Positions 51,439 to 62,221 are shown, counted from the first letter of the stretch. The stretch: DNA of 64,000 nt from Bdellovibrionota bacterium (GCA_044351885.1 JBILEW010000008.1:2519-66518); one strand, 5' to 3'. Numbers and translations are program-made. The notes: generated by a model not told the origin, from the sequence alone.

Positions 51439-52335
51439 TCATTCTGGCAATTGCGATTTCGGCACTAGAGGCAAATCTTCCCGTATTTTAGCCAACATCC
51501 CATCCCAACGTATTTCGGGATACCCAAGTCCTCTAGCTCTTTCTACAGATAGCGTCGAGTTCAGTGGCCATCCCGTTTCTTCACCATCTGGTTGCACCAA
51601 CTTGGTGTCAATTCCAGCGGTCAAAGCAATTTGACGCACCAGCTCGTAATAGGTCGTTGCTCTGTCGACACCAACATTGATGAGCACCTTCTGGCTGCGA
51701 TTGTTCAGAATGTAATGCACCAGAACGTCACAAAGTGAATCTAGAAGAACTGGTTTGAAGAGCTTTTTAGAATCAAGATGGACTATTTCGCCAGCCATGA
51801 GGCTACGAATAGTATCTGGAAACTGCTTTGGCTTAGTAAAACGCGTACTGACCCCGATGTATCGATGCCCGCGCGTAATCAGGCAGGGCAGGTCGGATTC
51901 GAGGATCGCCTTTTCGGAGAGGACTTTGGACTGACCGTAGGCGCTCCTTGGCTTGTATTCATCCTCCTCAACATAACCACCGACCTCCTCCTTTCCGCCA
52001 TACACCGCCTCTGTGCTGGTAAAGATGAATGCTGCAGAGTTCTGCCTCGCAAGCGTCAGAAGATTCCGAGTGATGGTGGGGTTGGTTTCAACGATTTTCG
52101 CAGCAGTATTACTATCGCGACCAAGATCGGCAGCGGCGTGTATGACCACGTCTGGATGGAGATCCATGTAAAGTTTTTTTAAGCTGTTGAAGTCGAGCAA
52201 ATCTACCGCATGTGCGGCATCACCGCGGGCTACGCCAAGTATTTCGAATTGCCCTGAATAAAGATCGGTAAATTTTGTCCCAAGAAAGCTGGTTGAACCC
52301 GTAAGGAATATCCGTAGTTTTCTATCGCCATTCAT
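51439..52335 (-). CDS. NAD-dependent epimerase/dehydratase (extended SDR)
   Basis: Rossmann motif LRIFLTGSTSFLGTKF plus a YGQSK catalytic motif. Confidence 0.8.
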   Translation of the reverse strand: MNGDRKLRIFLTGSTSFLGTKFTDLYSGQFEILGVARGDAAHAVDLLDFNSLKKLYMDLHPDVVIHAAADLGRDSNTAAKIVETNPTITRNLLTLARQNSAAFIFTSTEAVYGGKEEVGGYVEEDEYKPRSAYGQSKVLSEKAILESDLPCLITRGHRYIGVSTRFTKPKQFPDTIRSLMAGEIVHLDSKKLFKPVLLDSLCDVLVHYILNNRSQKVLINVGVDRATTYYELVRQIALTAGIDTKLVQPDGEETGWPLNSTLSVERARGLGYPEIRWDGMLAKIREDLPLVPKSQLPE

Positions 52336-52632
52336 AATACTAGCAGTAAATCATCAACTCTCACTGCCCCGACTCTACGCTCCTCAGCCTCGAGTGAGAC
52401 GTTACAAAATGCCAGTACAAAGATCGCTAATACTCTCCGCATACTCCTCACATGTGATTGCTGCAGCGGTGGTCTGCAGCCCTCTTAAGCTACTTGATTT
52501 GCTACTCGTGAGACAAATGGTTTTCCCCGCTGCCCGAAACGATCTCGAGCTCGCTGATGGCTGCTACTTCCAAGTTCTCAACTCAGCAAATAGCAATCGA
52601 CTCTCCTCCCGAGCCTTGATACCCTCCAGACG

Positions 52633-53343
52633 ATGAAGATTGAACGATATACCCTCGAAAACTGCGGGGAGATACAGGGCACCGCGATCGTCATCGATGT
52701 GTTGCGCGCTTTTACGACAGCTGCGTACGCCTACCATGCCGGCGCTCGTGAGATAGTTCTTATGGACACGGTCGAAAGTGCCTTTCGACTGAGAGAGAGA
52801 TTTTCCGGTAGCCTGCTCATGGGAGAGGTTGACGGCTATCCGATCGACGGGTTCGATCTTTCGAACTCGCCTGCAGCTCTCAAGGCTCTCGATCTATCCG
52901 AGCGCATCCTCATTCAGCGAACGACTGCAGGTACTCAAGGGGTATTGAAAAGCGCATCCGCTGTGCAGATCCTTTCGGCAAGTTTTGTCTGCGCGAGCGC
53001 TACGGTGGCAATCCTGAGAGAGACTGCGTCACAGCCAATCGCATTCGTCGTCACCGGTGGTGACGAAGACGCCGCGTGCGCCGACTACATGGAAGAACTG
53101 CTGAACGGTCGCACACCGGACAAGGCGTACTATCAGCATAGAGTACGTCAATCGCCACATGGACAACGCTTCATGGAGCCAGGGCATGTTGCTTTTCCCG
53201 CAGAGGATCTGGCGGTGTGTCTCGAAATTGATCGGTTTGACTTTGCTATGAGGGTGGTTCGTGAAAACGGCTTATACATCCTTCGGGTTTTAGAGGATCG
53301 ATACTCACTGGATGGCTCTCTGCTCGGTGCCGGGTTAAAATAG
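52633..53343 (+). CDS. comB: 2-phosphosulfolactate phosphatase family protein
   Basis: AIVIDVLRAFTTAAYA and GFDLSNSP motifs. Confidence 0.8.
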   Translation: MKIERYTLENCGEIQGTAIVIDVLRAFTTAAYAYHAGAREIVLMDTVESAFRLRERFSGSLLMGEVDGYPIDGFDLSNSPAALKALDLSERILIQRTTAGTQGVLKSASAVQILSASFVCASATVAILRETASQPIAFVVTGGDEDAACADYMEELLNGRTPDKAYYQHRVRQSPHGQRFMEPGHVAFPAEDLAVCLEIDRFDFAMRVVRENGLYILRVLEDRYSLDGSLLGAGLK

Positions 53344-53347
53344 AATT

Positions 53348-53863
53348 ATGGACACACAAGAACAGGACATTTCAAAGGTCGGTGTGCGCGATGGTGACAA
53401 CATCATCATTCGACAGTCGTGGCTCAATCAGCTGGGGATGATCGTCCTGATCTTACTAACTTTGGCGGTGACCTCGTATCTTTCGGTGGTCTTTCCCGAC
53501 TACACGACTATCGGCACTGAAGTTGGGCTGGAGCTTCCGATACTTAATTTCATTCCGCTGGTCATGCTGCTGCGATGTGCTTTCAGTATTTACAACGAGC
53601 GCTTCGTCATTACCCCGGAGTATCTGATCGATGTTGAGGGACGGCTTGCCTGGCGCGAGCGTTCGACTCGAATCGAGTATCACCGTGTGCAGGAGATCAA
53701 GATAGAAGAGACGATTGTGCAGCGTATCTTAGGTCTCGGTGATGTCACGGTCGTTCCCCTTGCAGGTTCGGACGGTGTACCGATCTGTCTGCGTGGAGTT
53801 ACACATCCCCGTGTGGTGAAGGATCTCATACGTCACCAAAAACGAGAAAAGGGGTCCGTTTAA
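53348..53863 (+). CDS. Bacterial PH-domain (bPH_2) membrane protein
   Basis: Two TM helices, then RFVITPEYLIDVEGRLAWRERSTRIEYHRVQEIKIEETIVQRILGLGDVTV. Confidence 0.65.
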   Translation: MDTQEQDISKVGVRDGDNIIIRQSWLNQLGMIVLILLTLAVTSYLSVVFPDYTTIGTEVGLELPILNFIPLVMLLRCAFSIYNERFVITPEYLIDVEGRLAWRERSTRIEYHRVQEIKIEETIVQRILGLGDVTVVPLAGSDGVPICLRGVTHPRVVKDLIRHQKREKGSV

Positions 53864-53922
53864 GTAAGAGGAATAAATCAACGCGAGCGACTGGTACTAT
53901 TCGTCGAGGTATACTGTTAATT

Positions 53923-55110
53923 ATGTCGACCACCGCATCATCTTATGACGCGATCGTCATCGGCCTCGGGGCTGTGGGTGCGGCTACGGTGTATCAGCTC
54001 GCCAAGGCGGGCAAGCGGGTGTTGGGCATAGATCGTTTTTCGCCCCCCCACACAGCTGGCTCCTCACACGGTGCTACCCGCATCACTCGCCAGGCTATCG
54101 GTGAGGGAGAGTTCTACGTGCCGCTTGCGCTCCGCTCGCATGAGATATGGCGAGAGCTGGAGAGTCGTACGGGGTGTGAGCTGCTCTTTCCGGTTGGATG
54201 TCTGGTTATGGCCGAGGACGATGCGCACGTGCCGGTGCACAACAAGCCCGGATTCGTAGCCACGACGATCCGAGCGGCGAAGAAATTCGGAGTTCCGCAC
54301 GAAGAGCTCGATGCCACAGCTATCCGTCGCCGATTCCCGCAGTTTCTCGTTCGCGACGGGACAGTCGGATGTTTTGAACCGGGCGCCGGTTACGTTCGGC
54401 CTGAAGAGTGCGTTCGCGTTCAGATTGAGCTTGCCGAGTCCCTTGGAGCCACTATTCTGCGACACGAGCGGGTGATCGAGTACGTCCCGACGAACTGCGA
54501 TGGTGCAGTCGTGGTGCATACCGACCGGTCCTCGTACCACGGAGAACAGGTTGTTCTCTCAGCCGGGCCGTGGATACGCGATCTCCTTTCGTCGGAACGC
54601 GACTATTTCACTACTACACGACAGGTTCTTGCCTGGTTCGCACCGGACGAGGCGATAGAGCGTTTTATGGCTCCGCGCTTTCCAACCTTTATTTGGGGCT
54701 TCGATTCTAACGCAGTGACAGGATTGTACGGATTCCCGGCAGTCGATGGCCAAGATGGAGGGGTAAAGGTCGCAGGCTCAGCGTACGGGCCTACGCTGCA
54801 CCCTGACGAGCCTCGAGGCGAGGTTGGCAAGGAGGAGCTATCAGCACTCTACGACAGCAGTATCCGAGGCAGGATCGAGGGTCTGTCACCTCGATGCGTG
54901 AAGAGCACAACGTGTCTCTACACCGTCACGCCGGACTCGGATTTCGTTGTACAACGCCATCCGCAGTACGACCAAGTTTTGTTGGCATCGCCGTGCTCTG
55001 GCCATGGCTTCAAGCACTCTGCGGCGCTCGGAGAGGTGCTTGCAAGGCTCATCTCTCGCGGCCGGTGTGATGTAGACCTTTCGCCCTTCGCCATGAAAAA
55101 GAGTCGCTAG
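53923..55110 (+). CDS. FAD-dependent N-methyl amino-acid oxidase (monomeric sarcosine oxidase / N-methyltryptophan oxidase family)
   Basis: YDAIVIGLGAVGAATVYQLAKAG (FAD GxGxxG), HGATRITRQA, and SPCSGHGFKHSAALGE. The Cys of the covalent-FAD motif is present. Confidence 0.85.
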   Translation: MSTTASSYDAIVIGLGAVGAATVYQLAKAGKRVLGIDRFSPPHTAGSSHGATRITRQAIGEGEFYVPLALRSHEIWRELESRTGCELLFPVGCLVMAEDDAHVPVHNKPGFVATTIRAAKKFGVPHEELDATAIRRRFPQFLVRDGTVGCFEPGAGYVRPEECVRVQIELAESLGATILRHERVIEYVPTNCDGAVVVHTDRSSYHGEQVVLSAGPWIRDLLSSERDYFTTTRQVLAWFAPDEAIERFMAPRFPTFIWGFDSNAVTGLYGFPAVDGQDGGVKVAGSAYGPTLHPDEPRGEVGKEELSALYDSSIRGRIEGLSPRCVKSTTCLYTVTPDSDFVVQRHPQYDQVLLASPCSGHGFKHSAALGEVLARLISRGRCDVDLSPFAMKKSR

Positions 55111-55150
55111 GAACTGCATGTCTCGTAGAGCGTGCTTGCCAACGCGGATA

Positions 55151-56710
55151 CTAGTCGCAGCGCCAGTGAGTAAGAGTAACGAGACCAGCGGATAGCGCAG
55201 GAGCGTTCGTACATCCCCGCAGGCTGAGTTCGCGAGCAAGAGCTTGGGGCCCTGACATGGTCGATGGAGAGGAGTCGACGATCTGCCACTCGAGGACGAT
55301 ACTGCACCCAGTAGGGGGGATCTTCGGATACACCATCTTCGTCATGTAGTCCTGTTCTATCGGGAAATCAACCGATGCAGGAAGCAACACAGCAGGCTCC
55401 AGGTCGTAATATGTCAACGGAGAGATGATGAACGAATACGTAGGCTCTCTGGTGAGCAGCCCCGCATGCTTTGACTCGGCGAATCCTACGAGCGCAAAGA
55501 AGGTACATGAATCTCGGGATGCGATCGTGCGTGACCGTTCTATGATCGGTCTCCAGGCTGTATCCGGAGGAGTAGCCATGAAGTGGGGCAGGAGCATTGA
55601 TCCGATAGTGACACCGCCAAGACACACCATCCAGAAGCGTGAGCTGACGGTAGCAAGTAGAACGGAGGCCGTATACGCCTCTCCGACCAGCGACAATATG
55701 CTGTATCGAGGGATCAGTAGGGTCGGATTGATAGTGAGCGCGGCAACTAGCGTTACGAGTTTCGGAGCGAGGTACAGAGCCAGTCCAAATCGAAGCTCCA
55801 ACCAAGGCACCCCTAAGAAACGAGCTCCAGTCTGCCGATCGTCAGAAGACGATGCAACTTTTGTGATTGGTGAGCGTCGAAAAATGGTCATCTTCAAGCA
55901 CAGGATGAGCGTAACGACGAGAGCGAGGGTAGCAGAGAAGAAGTGCAAACACTGAGTCTGGATGCTCGGCAGTTTGTCGACGATAGCTACAGCAGATACT
56001 TCGTCGTCAGAGATGCGAGCCAGAGTAAGCGCATAGGGACTCAATCCCAGCAGCAACAGAATGGAGGCGTTAAGGAGAGATCCAGGATCACGTTTGTACT
56101 CTCTGTTCTCGGCGAGAACTACAAGCAGGGGAAATAGGAGGGCGATAAAGGTGTAGTGGCAGTACAGGGCACACAAAGTCGCAGCAACAGAGCCATACAG
56201 CCTGGCTTTGTGTCCTTGCCTTATCCATGACTGAAGGAGTGAGATAGCTAGGGTAGAAAAAAACAGGCCCAAGGCGTAGGGGCGAGCTATTGTTGCGGCA
56301 AATGTCATCGAGGGCGTCAGTGCTAACAGGAGGCCGGCGAGTGTGGGCCAGACGACATTGCGTTCACGAGCGATACGGATGACCAGCATGCACGTACCGA
56401 GAGCCGCGAGCGTCGACGGTAGACGCAAGGCGATCTCGCTTGTACCGAACAGCAAGGACCACAAAGAGAGCCCGATCGCGTAGAGCCATGACTGACCTGT
56501 TTTAGCGAGAGCTCGGCGCAGCCCTTCAAGAGGGCCATCTTCGATGAGCCAAAATGTTCCCGCCTCATCCACAAAAAGCACATCACTCAAACGCGGCAAC
56601 CACACTAGTGCCGCCACGATCGCCACACAGAGAATTGACAAAGCATGCTTCTCACGAAGAGCTCCGAATCGACGGGCGGCCTGACCTGTGGAATGACGGG
56701 GAAGGTCCAT
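55151..56710 (-). CDS. Integral-membrane glycosyltransferase, GT39/ArnT-like (tentative)
   Basis: 519 aa with more than 10 TM helices. The N-terminal pattern VDEAGTFW...GTSEIALRLPSTLAALGTCMLVIRIAR...ARPYAL is typical of PMT_2/ArnT-type enzymes. Confidence 0.55.
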   Translation of the reverse strand: MDLPRHSTGQAARRFGALREKHALSILCVAIVAALVWLPRLSDVLFVDEAGTFWLIEDGPLEGLRRALAKTGQSWLYAIGLSLWSLLFGTSEIALRLPSTLAALGTCMLVIRIARERNVVWPTLAGLLLALTPSMTFAATIARPYALGLFFSTLAISLLQSWIRQGHKARLYGSVAATLCALYCHYTFIALLFPLLVVLAENREYKRDPGSLLNASILLLLGLSPYALTLARISDDEVSAVAIVDKLPSIQTQCLHFFSATLALVVTLILCLKMTIFRRSPITKVASSSDDRQTGARFLGVPWLELRFGLALYLAPKLVTLVAALTINPTLLIPRYSILSLVGEAYTASVLLATVSSRFWMVCLGGVTIGSMLLPHFMATPPDTAWRPIIERSRTIASRDSCTFFALVGFAESKHAGLLTREPTYSFIISPLTYYDLEPAVLLPASVDFPIEQDYMTKMVYPKIPPTGCSIVLEWQIVDSSPSTMSGPQALARELSLRGCTNAPALSAGLVTLTHWRCD

Positions 56711-56860
56711 AGAAACAGAAGTGGGTAAAATATCGCTTGAAGTCGAAGGTTCGCTCGATATCGGTGTATCTATACCATGAGCAAGCCATTTGGTGTAACT
56801 ACGACTTCGCTATCTAGGAGACAAAATCAACGATACTTTGCAGCTAGGAGTCGATATCAA

Positions 56861-58045
56861 CTACGACCCAGTAGCTTCAGCCGCAATGTTTCGAATGAGT
56901 TTCCCTACCGTGAGCCCCTGAACGATAATAGAGAACGCCACTGCGTAGAACACAGTGGAGGTGATCAACGCCCTGTCGGGTGTGCTGTCGGGAAGTCCCA
57001 ACACGAGCGCGAGCGCCAAAGCGCCTCTCAGGCCTCCCCACACCAAGAGGTGCTGTACCTTGCGAGGAACGGCGAGCTTGGAGCGTCGAAAGGGGAGACA
57101 GCCGAGGTACACGGCACAGGCGCGACCGAGCAGGCTCGCAACCACGGTCCAGAGTGCAAGCTGCGCAACGACGCCCTGACGCCAGAAAAAGACGTCCATT
57201 CCGATCAGAAGGAAGATGAGAGAGTTGGAGATGAATCCTGCGAACTCCCAAAAAGTGTGCGCAGCGTCACGACCGGCCTCGGTGATCGCTCCGCGATGAC
57301 CGAGATTCCCGAGCACCATACCGGCAGTCAGGGTGGATAAAACTCCGGAGACGTGGAACTCTTCCGCCAGAAGGAACGAGGCGTATGCCACCACTATAGT
57401 CACGGTTATCTCGACCAAGTGATCCTCGGTCCGCCGACTCAACAAGAGAGAGAGGAAGCCTATGGCCGCGCCGATAGCGACACCACCTGCGATTGCTACG
57501 GCAGTTGCGCCGACTACCTGACCAACGCTCGCGCTCCCTGCTATGATGATAGGTGCAAGGGTGAAGAGTACCGCTGCGGTGCCGTCATTGAAGAGGCTTT
57601 CTGATTCGATCAGTCTGTGAATTCGAGCAGGGAGTGCGGCCTCTTTGAGCAGTGCCAACACCGAGACAGGATCGGTGGCTGATAGGATGACTCCGATTAT
57701 GATAGCTGTCTGCCAGGATTGGCCGCCCAGATACACCAGGGCCAAGGTAGTAACCAGACCCGCCAGGAATACCCCTCCGGTAGCGAGGGTGGTTACGAGC
57801 GCAAGGTCTGGTTTCAGCTTGCTCCATGGAATCTGAAAAGCTGCTTCGAAGATGAGGGGCGGGAGTAGGGCGGTGAAGATCAGATCCTTGGAGAGATGGG
57901 CCTCGGGGGCTACGCCCAGAGAGGCTAAGACAACGCCCGTCACTACCAATCCTACTGTGTATGGGAGTCGCAGGTTACGCGCGAGGATAGCCACGAGGCA
58001 CGATATCACCAGCAAAACTTCCAAGCGTTGAAAAACTAGTTCCAT
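56861..58045 (-). CDS. nhaP: Na+/H+ (cation:proton) antiporter, CPA1/NhaP type
   Basis: LPPLIFEAAF, ILSATDPVSVLALLKE and ESLFNDGTAAVLF motifs. I use the ATG at 58045, preceded by GGGAG. The ORF-track start at 58090 is rejected. Confidence 0.85.
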   Translation of the reverse strand: MELVFQRLEVLLVISCLVAILARNLRLPYTVGLVVTGVVLASLGVAPEAHLSKDLIFTALLPPLIFEAAFQIPWSKLKPDLALVTTLATGGVFLAGLVTTLALVYLGGQSWQTAIIIGVILSATDPVSVLALLKEAALPARIHRLIESESLFNDGTAAVLFTLAPIIIAGSASVGQVVGATAVAIAGGVAIGAAIGFLSLLLSRRTEDHLVEITVTIVVAYASFLLAEEFHVSGVLSTLTAGMVLGNLGHRGAITEAGRDAAHTFWEFAGFISNSLIFLLIGMDVFFWRQGVVAQLALWTVVASLLGRACAVYLGCLPFRRSKLAVPRKVQHLLVWGGLRGALALALVLGLPDSTPDRALITSTVFYAVAFSIIVQGLTVGKLIRNIAAEATGS

Positions 58046-58111
58046 TCTGTTCTCCCTAGCAGACGATATCTGATGCCCGAGTTCAGGCACAATCCGTCTT
58101 TCGAAGCAGCT

Positions 58112-61100
58112 TCAGTGAGAAAGCATGCGCGCGACTGACGAGACGAGCCGCGCCGGATCGATCGGCTTGCTGAGGTGCACCTGAAATCCCGCTGCTAATG
58201 CGTGCTCTTGGTCTTCGGGACGGGCAAATGCCGTCAGGGCGATCGCTGGGATCTCTCCACCGTGTTCGGCACCTCGGGCCCGCAACTTGCGTATGAAGGT
58301 GTAGCCATCTTCGTCGGGCATGCTGATGTCGCTCACGATCAGATCAGGTGTGTCATGCTCGAGGGCCTGCATGGCGTCGCTCGCGGATGCCGCGGTGGTA
58401 ACGATGGCGCCCTGCTCCTCCAAGATGACCTTAAGAAGATTTCGTGCGTCCTCCTCGTCGTCGACGGCTATCACGCGCATGCCCTCAAGGGATGGCATGT
58501 CGCTCTGGTACGGATGACGATTGCCGGTGAGGTGTGTGCCACTAGGCTTTTCCGTCTCAGATATCGCTCCTGTGCGCGGAAGGCTCACGGTGAAGGAGGC
58601 GCCGGTTCCCGGCCCGGCGCTCGCAGCGCGTACTTGGCCGCCGTGCAGTTCGACGAGGTGCTTGACGATCGAGAGCCCGAGCCCGAGTCCGCCGTGCTTT
58701 CGCGTTGTAGATGCGTCGGCTTGGCGAAAGCGGTCGAATACATGAGGTACGAACTCCGGTTTGATACCCTCGCCAAAATCGCGAACCGAGATATCTACGC
58801 CGTCACTCGTAGTGTTCCCCTCGACGACTACCTGCCCGCCCGGGTGGGAAAAGCGCACGGCATTCGAGAGTAGGTTCCAAAACACCTGCTGCAAGCGATT
58901 CGGATCTCCGTTGAGGGTCCCCAAGAGGGGGCTCAGATGCGTTTCGATGGTGATGTTCTTCAATTGTGCCGTGGGTGTGATCGTATCGACGGCGGCTTGT
59001 ACGATCGAAGCTATGGAAACTGGGCGTGTTTCCAGGCGTACTTTACCGGATACGATCCTACTCATGTCGAGGAGATCTCCGATTATCTGCGCCTGAACTC
59101 GGGCGTTCTTCTCGATAACCTCCAAGCCTTGATCGAGCCGATCCCGATTGAGGATTCCGCGCTTGATCAGCTGCGACCATCCGAGGATTGCGTTGAGTGG
59201 GGTTCGAAGTTCGTGCGAGAGAGTGGCCAGGAACTCGTCCTTGATCTGACTTGCGCGTTCTAATTGACTACGCGCTGCTCGCTCGCTCTCGAGCAATCTC
59301 GCGCGCTCGGATTCGGCCTCCTTGCGATCCGTGATGTCGTCTTGTACACAGAGAAAATAGCGCATACCAGAGAACAAGATCTCCGAGATCTGCGTGAGTG
59401 TGGTGATTGTGGACCCATCGCGGCGCCGGATCTCCAGTTCGCCACGGAACTCGTGTGGCGCATCAGAGCTGCTTGATGGCGAGTTCCCAAGTACGAGCGA
59501 GATGTTCTTGCCGATCATCTCTCCGGGAGAGTATCCGAGGAGCTCCTCCTGTGCTTTGTTGTTGAAGATGATAATACCGGACTCATCCGCTAGGCACACC
59601 CCTTCACTCATGTTGTGAAGGATCTGATTTTGAATGACGAGCTCTGTGTGACGTCTGGTTTGCTCGGACACATTGCGAATGAAAGCTGTGAAGAGAGACG
59701 ACCCTTCCACCACTGCTTCGGTAACGGTGACTTCGAGTGCTAGAGGGGGTTCGCCGCCTGGTCGGCGTCCTGTTGTGGTGATGACGCGATTAAGACGAGT
59801 TTCATGGCCTGGCTCACTCAGATGCACCGGATCAAAATCAGGGAGAGCGAGGATCTTCGCTATCGGGGAACCTCGGAGCCGATCCCGTGGGACCCCGAAC
59901 ATCGTTTCTGCCGCCTCGTTCATGTCGAGTATCTCTGCCTTGCTGTCGAAGGAGATGATCGAGTCGAAAGCGCCTTCGATGATGGCTCTCCGACGCGTCT
60001 CCTCGCGTTTGCGTTCGATGAGCTGTCCGATCTGTAAGCCCAAGGACGCAAGCCACTGAATAGTTGTTTCGTCGAGCGAGAGCTGGCGTTGAGCTACGAG
60101 ATCGAGTGCTCCGCGCACCTGGCCCTCTACGATCAGAGGAAACCCCACGATTGACCTGGCTTCACCTGCGCCACACGAGGCTTCTATGCGCTCCCGATGG
60201 ACGCCTTCAAGAGTGCGCCAGAGTGGAGTTCCCTTTGAAACTATCTCCCGTGCAAAGGTGTCATCGTAGAGCAGGTTCCCTGTGCACCCACGGCGTCGTA
60301 GGTGGGTAGCCGAGTCGTCGGTCGTCCAGAGCGTTCCTCCGTCGCAACGTAGCCCGAGGCACACCGCCCTGACGAGCTCCTCCGCAACCTGGTCTAGACC
60401 GGACGCATACGTCAGGATGCGCACTACCTCGGCGGTTGCGGCATCGAGTCGTTCTTTCTGTTTGCGAGCAGTCGCATCATGGAACACCAGGATAGCTCCG
60501 GTGATCTGACCCGCATCGTTGAGAATCGGGGATGCGCTGTCTTGGATAGGGATGAGGTCTCCGCCTCGATGCCTCACCGCGATGTTCCCAGACAGCACCA
60601 AGGCGTGTCCGGATTCGAGGACGCGTTGGGCTGGGTCGTCGAGCCTTTGTTCCGAGTCGTGGTCACAAAGCTCGATCACGTGCGAGCTCGGAAGACCGAT
60701 CGCTTCCTCTTCCTTCCAGCCGAGAAGGTGCTCAGCTGTAGCGTTCATGAAGAGCACATCCCCGCGCCCATCGGTTGCAACGACGGCGTCTCCAATGCTT
60801 GCCAGGGTGACCCGTAGCCATTCGCGCTGTTTCTCTGTGTGCCGATGTGCCCAGGAGATAGCCCATCCCATGCCAAAAAAAAGCGGAGTTATCAGAGCTC
60901 CAACGAGGAGTATCAGACTGCTTGCAATGCGGCGTCCCTGCATGTGGAAGGCTGGTCGCGTGTGGAATTGAAGGCTCCACTTCCTTCCTACCACGTCGAT
61001 CGAAGCCAGAGTCGATAGCAGTGGTTTGAAATCGGAGGGTAGGGGCGGGTGAGCTTGCGCAGAGCTGTACAGGGGCTGCTCCAAACGTAAGTCCTCTCCA

Positions 61101-61882
61101 TCGTACACTGAGAAGTCGAGCACAGGCTGTGAGGTCCGGCCGAAGATACCTGCCAGAAAGTCCGCTATCCGGAACGGGCTGTACACGAACCCGACGATGG
61201 AAGCGGCCCGCTCTTCGCGCGTGCTCGCATCCGGCTTGGCGTATAGCGGCAGAAATATCAGGAATCCTGGCTGTGCGGGCTGACCCATCCACACCTCCTG
61301 AACAAGTTCGATTGGGCCACTTGCGGCGGGTTCCCCGGTATCTCGGGCGCTAGCCATAGCTTCGTGACGAATCGACTCGGAGAACATATCGTAGCCGAGC
61401 GCCCTTCGATTGGGTTCGTCCTGAGGATAGAGATACAATATCGGATATCGTTCGGCAGCTCCGCTGTCGGGGAAGATGGCGAAATCTCGGTATCCCTCTC
61501 GCTGCATTTTGGAGACGGTGGCACTGGTATCGCCCGCCGAAACACGCCCGGCATAGCCGACTCCCCGAAGTCCGGGGAAGCTCTTTTCGATATCCAGTTG
61601 GGATATGTAGGGGTAGAAGGTCCTTGCTTCGACCTCACCCTGAAGCATGAGATGGGCGCGGGTCGCGACTAGGAAATTTACGTACACCTGGAGCCTGTTC
61701 CGAATAAGATCGAGCGTCTCCTCTATCTCGAAATTGAAGCGCGACTGCTCGCGCTCTTGTTCCGCTTGTTCGGCTTGATAGAAGAAGATCGATGTAAGCC
61801 CAAGCACCATCACGGAGAGAATCCATGGAAGCCATGCAAAGAGGAGCGATCGCAATGTCTTCGTGGGGAAGAGGATAGTCAT
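58112..61882 (-). CDS. Hybrid sensor histidine kinase (CHASE-type periplasmic domain, PAS, GAF, PAS, HisKA, HATPase_c, REC)
   Basis: 1256 aa. H-box is FLATLSHELRTPLNAILGW, G-boxes are VRDFGEGI and GLGLGLSIV, and the C-terminal receiver reads VIAVDDEEDARNLL...DLIVSDISMPDEDG...LSKP. The N-terminal sensor lies between two TM helices (FPGLRGVGYAGRV..., CHASE-like). Confidence 0.9.
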   Translation of the reverse strand: MTILFPTKTLRSLLFAWLPWILSVMVLGLTSIFFYQAEQAEQEREQSRFNFEIEETLDLIRNRLQVYVNFLVATRAHLMLQGEVEARTFYPYISQLDIEKSFPGLRGVGYAGRVSAGDTSATVSKMQREGYRDFAIFPDSGAAERYPILYLYPQDEPNRRALGYDMFSESIRHEAMASARDTGEPAASGPIELVQEVWMGQPAQPGFLIFLPLYAKPDASTREERAASIVGFVYSPFRIADFLAGIFGRTSQPVLDFSVYDGEDLRLEQPLYSSAQAHPPLPSDFKPLLSTLASIDVVGRKWSLQFHTRPAFHMQGRRIASSLILLVGALITPLFFGMGWAISWAHRHTEKQREWLRVTLASIGDAVVATDGRGDVLFMNATAEHLLGWKEEEAIGLPSSHVIELCDHDSEQRLDDPAQRVLESGHALVLSGNIAVRHRGGDLIPIQDSASPILNDAGQITGAILVFHDATARKQKERLDAATAEVVRILTYASGLDQVAEELVRAVCLGLRCDGGTLWTTDDSATHLRRRGCTGNLLYDDTFAREIVSKGTPLWRTLEGVHRERIEASCGAGEARSIVGFPLIVEGQVRGALDLVAQRQLSLDETTIQWLASLGLQIGQLIERKREETRRRAIIEGAFDSIISFDSKAEILDMNEAAETMFGVPRDRLRGSPIAKILALPDFDPVHLSEPGHETRLNRVITTTGRRPGGEPPLALEVTVTEAVVEGSSLFTAFIRNVSEQTRRHTELVIQNQILHNMSEGVCLADESGIIIFNNKAQEELLGYSPGEMIGKNISLVLGNSPSSSSDAPHEFRGELEIRRRDGSTITTLTQISEILFSGMRYFLCVQDDITDRKEAESERARLLESERAARSQLERASQIKDEFLATLSHELRTPLNAILGWSQLIKRGILNRDRLDQGLEVIEKNARVQAQIIGDLLDMSRIVSGKVRLETRPVSIASIVQAAVDTITPTAQLKNITIETHLSPLLGTLNGDPNRLQQVFWNLLSNAVRFSHPGGQVVVEGNTTSDGVDISVRDFGEGIKPEFVPHVFDRFRQADASTTRKHGGLGLGLSIVKHLVELHGGQVRAASAGPGTGASFTVSLPRTGAISETEKPSGTHLTGNRHPYQSDMPSLEGMRVIAVDDEEDARNLLKVILEEQGAIVTTAASASDAMQALEHDTPDLIVSDISMPDEDGYTFIRKLRARGAEHGGEIPAIALTAFARPEDQEHALAAGFQVHLSKPIDPARLVSSVARMLSH

Positions 61883-62042
61883 CAGAAGCTGCTTTCGTGC
61901 ACGAGTGTCTCAGAGCATTACTATGTCTCAGAAGGAGAATTGTCGCGCATGAGAGCCGCGTTCAGAAGGGGCAGGGGCGTAAAAATGATTACGTGCGGCC
62001 TCTCTACATGACCGGGATCATGATTGGGGTGGGGGGTGTGTC

Positions 62043-62221
62043 TAAGGAAGCGAGGCAAAACCCGTCACTTTACCACGTGAACGTGCTCGTGCACCTGAAC
62101 ATAGGCGTACCCGGAACAAAAAGATCAAGATGTTCGGGCACGTGCACGGTTACGAGCACGAGCACGTCCACGTGCTAAGTTCAAAGATGAGACCACAGGC
62201 AAGTTCCGCCTCGCTTCCCTA
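62043..62221 (+). mobile_element. Family A element, full copy (175 bp plus TA on each side)
   Basis: TA-AGGAAGCGAGGCAAAAC...CCACGTGAACGTGCTCGTGCACCTGAAC...GTTCGGGCACGTGCACGGTTACGAGCACGAGCACGTCCACGTG...GTTCCGCCTCGCTTCCC-TA. Confidence 0.85.

Noticed and set aside
52394-52636. 80-aa ORF ending in an ATGA overlap with the comB-family gene
   Set aside because: There is no RBS, the sequence is not protein-like and has no motif. The overlap alone is insufficient evidence.
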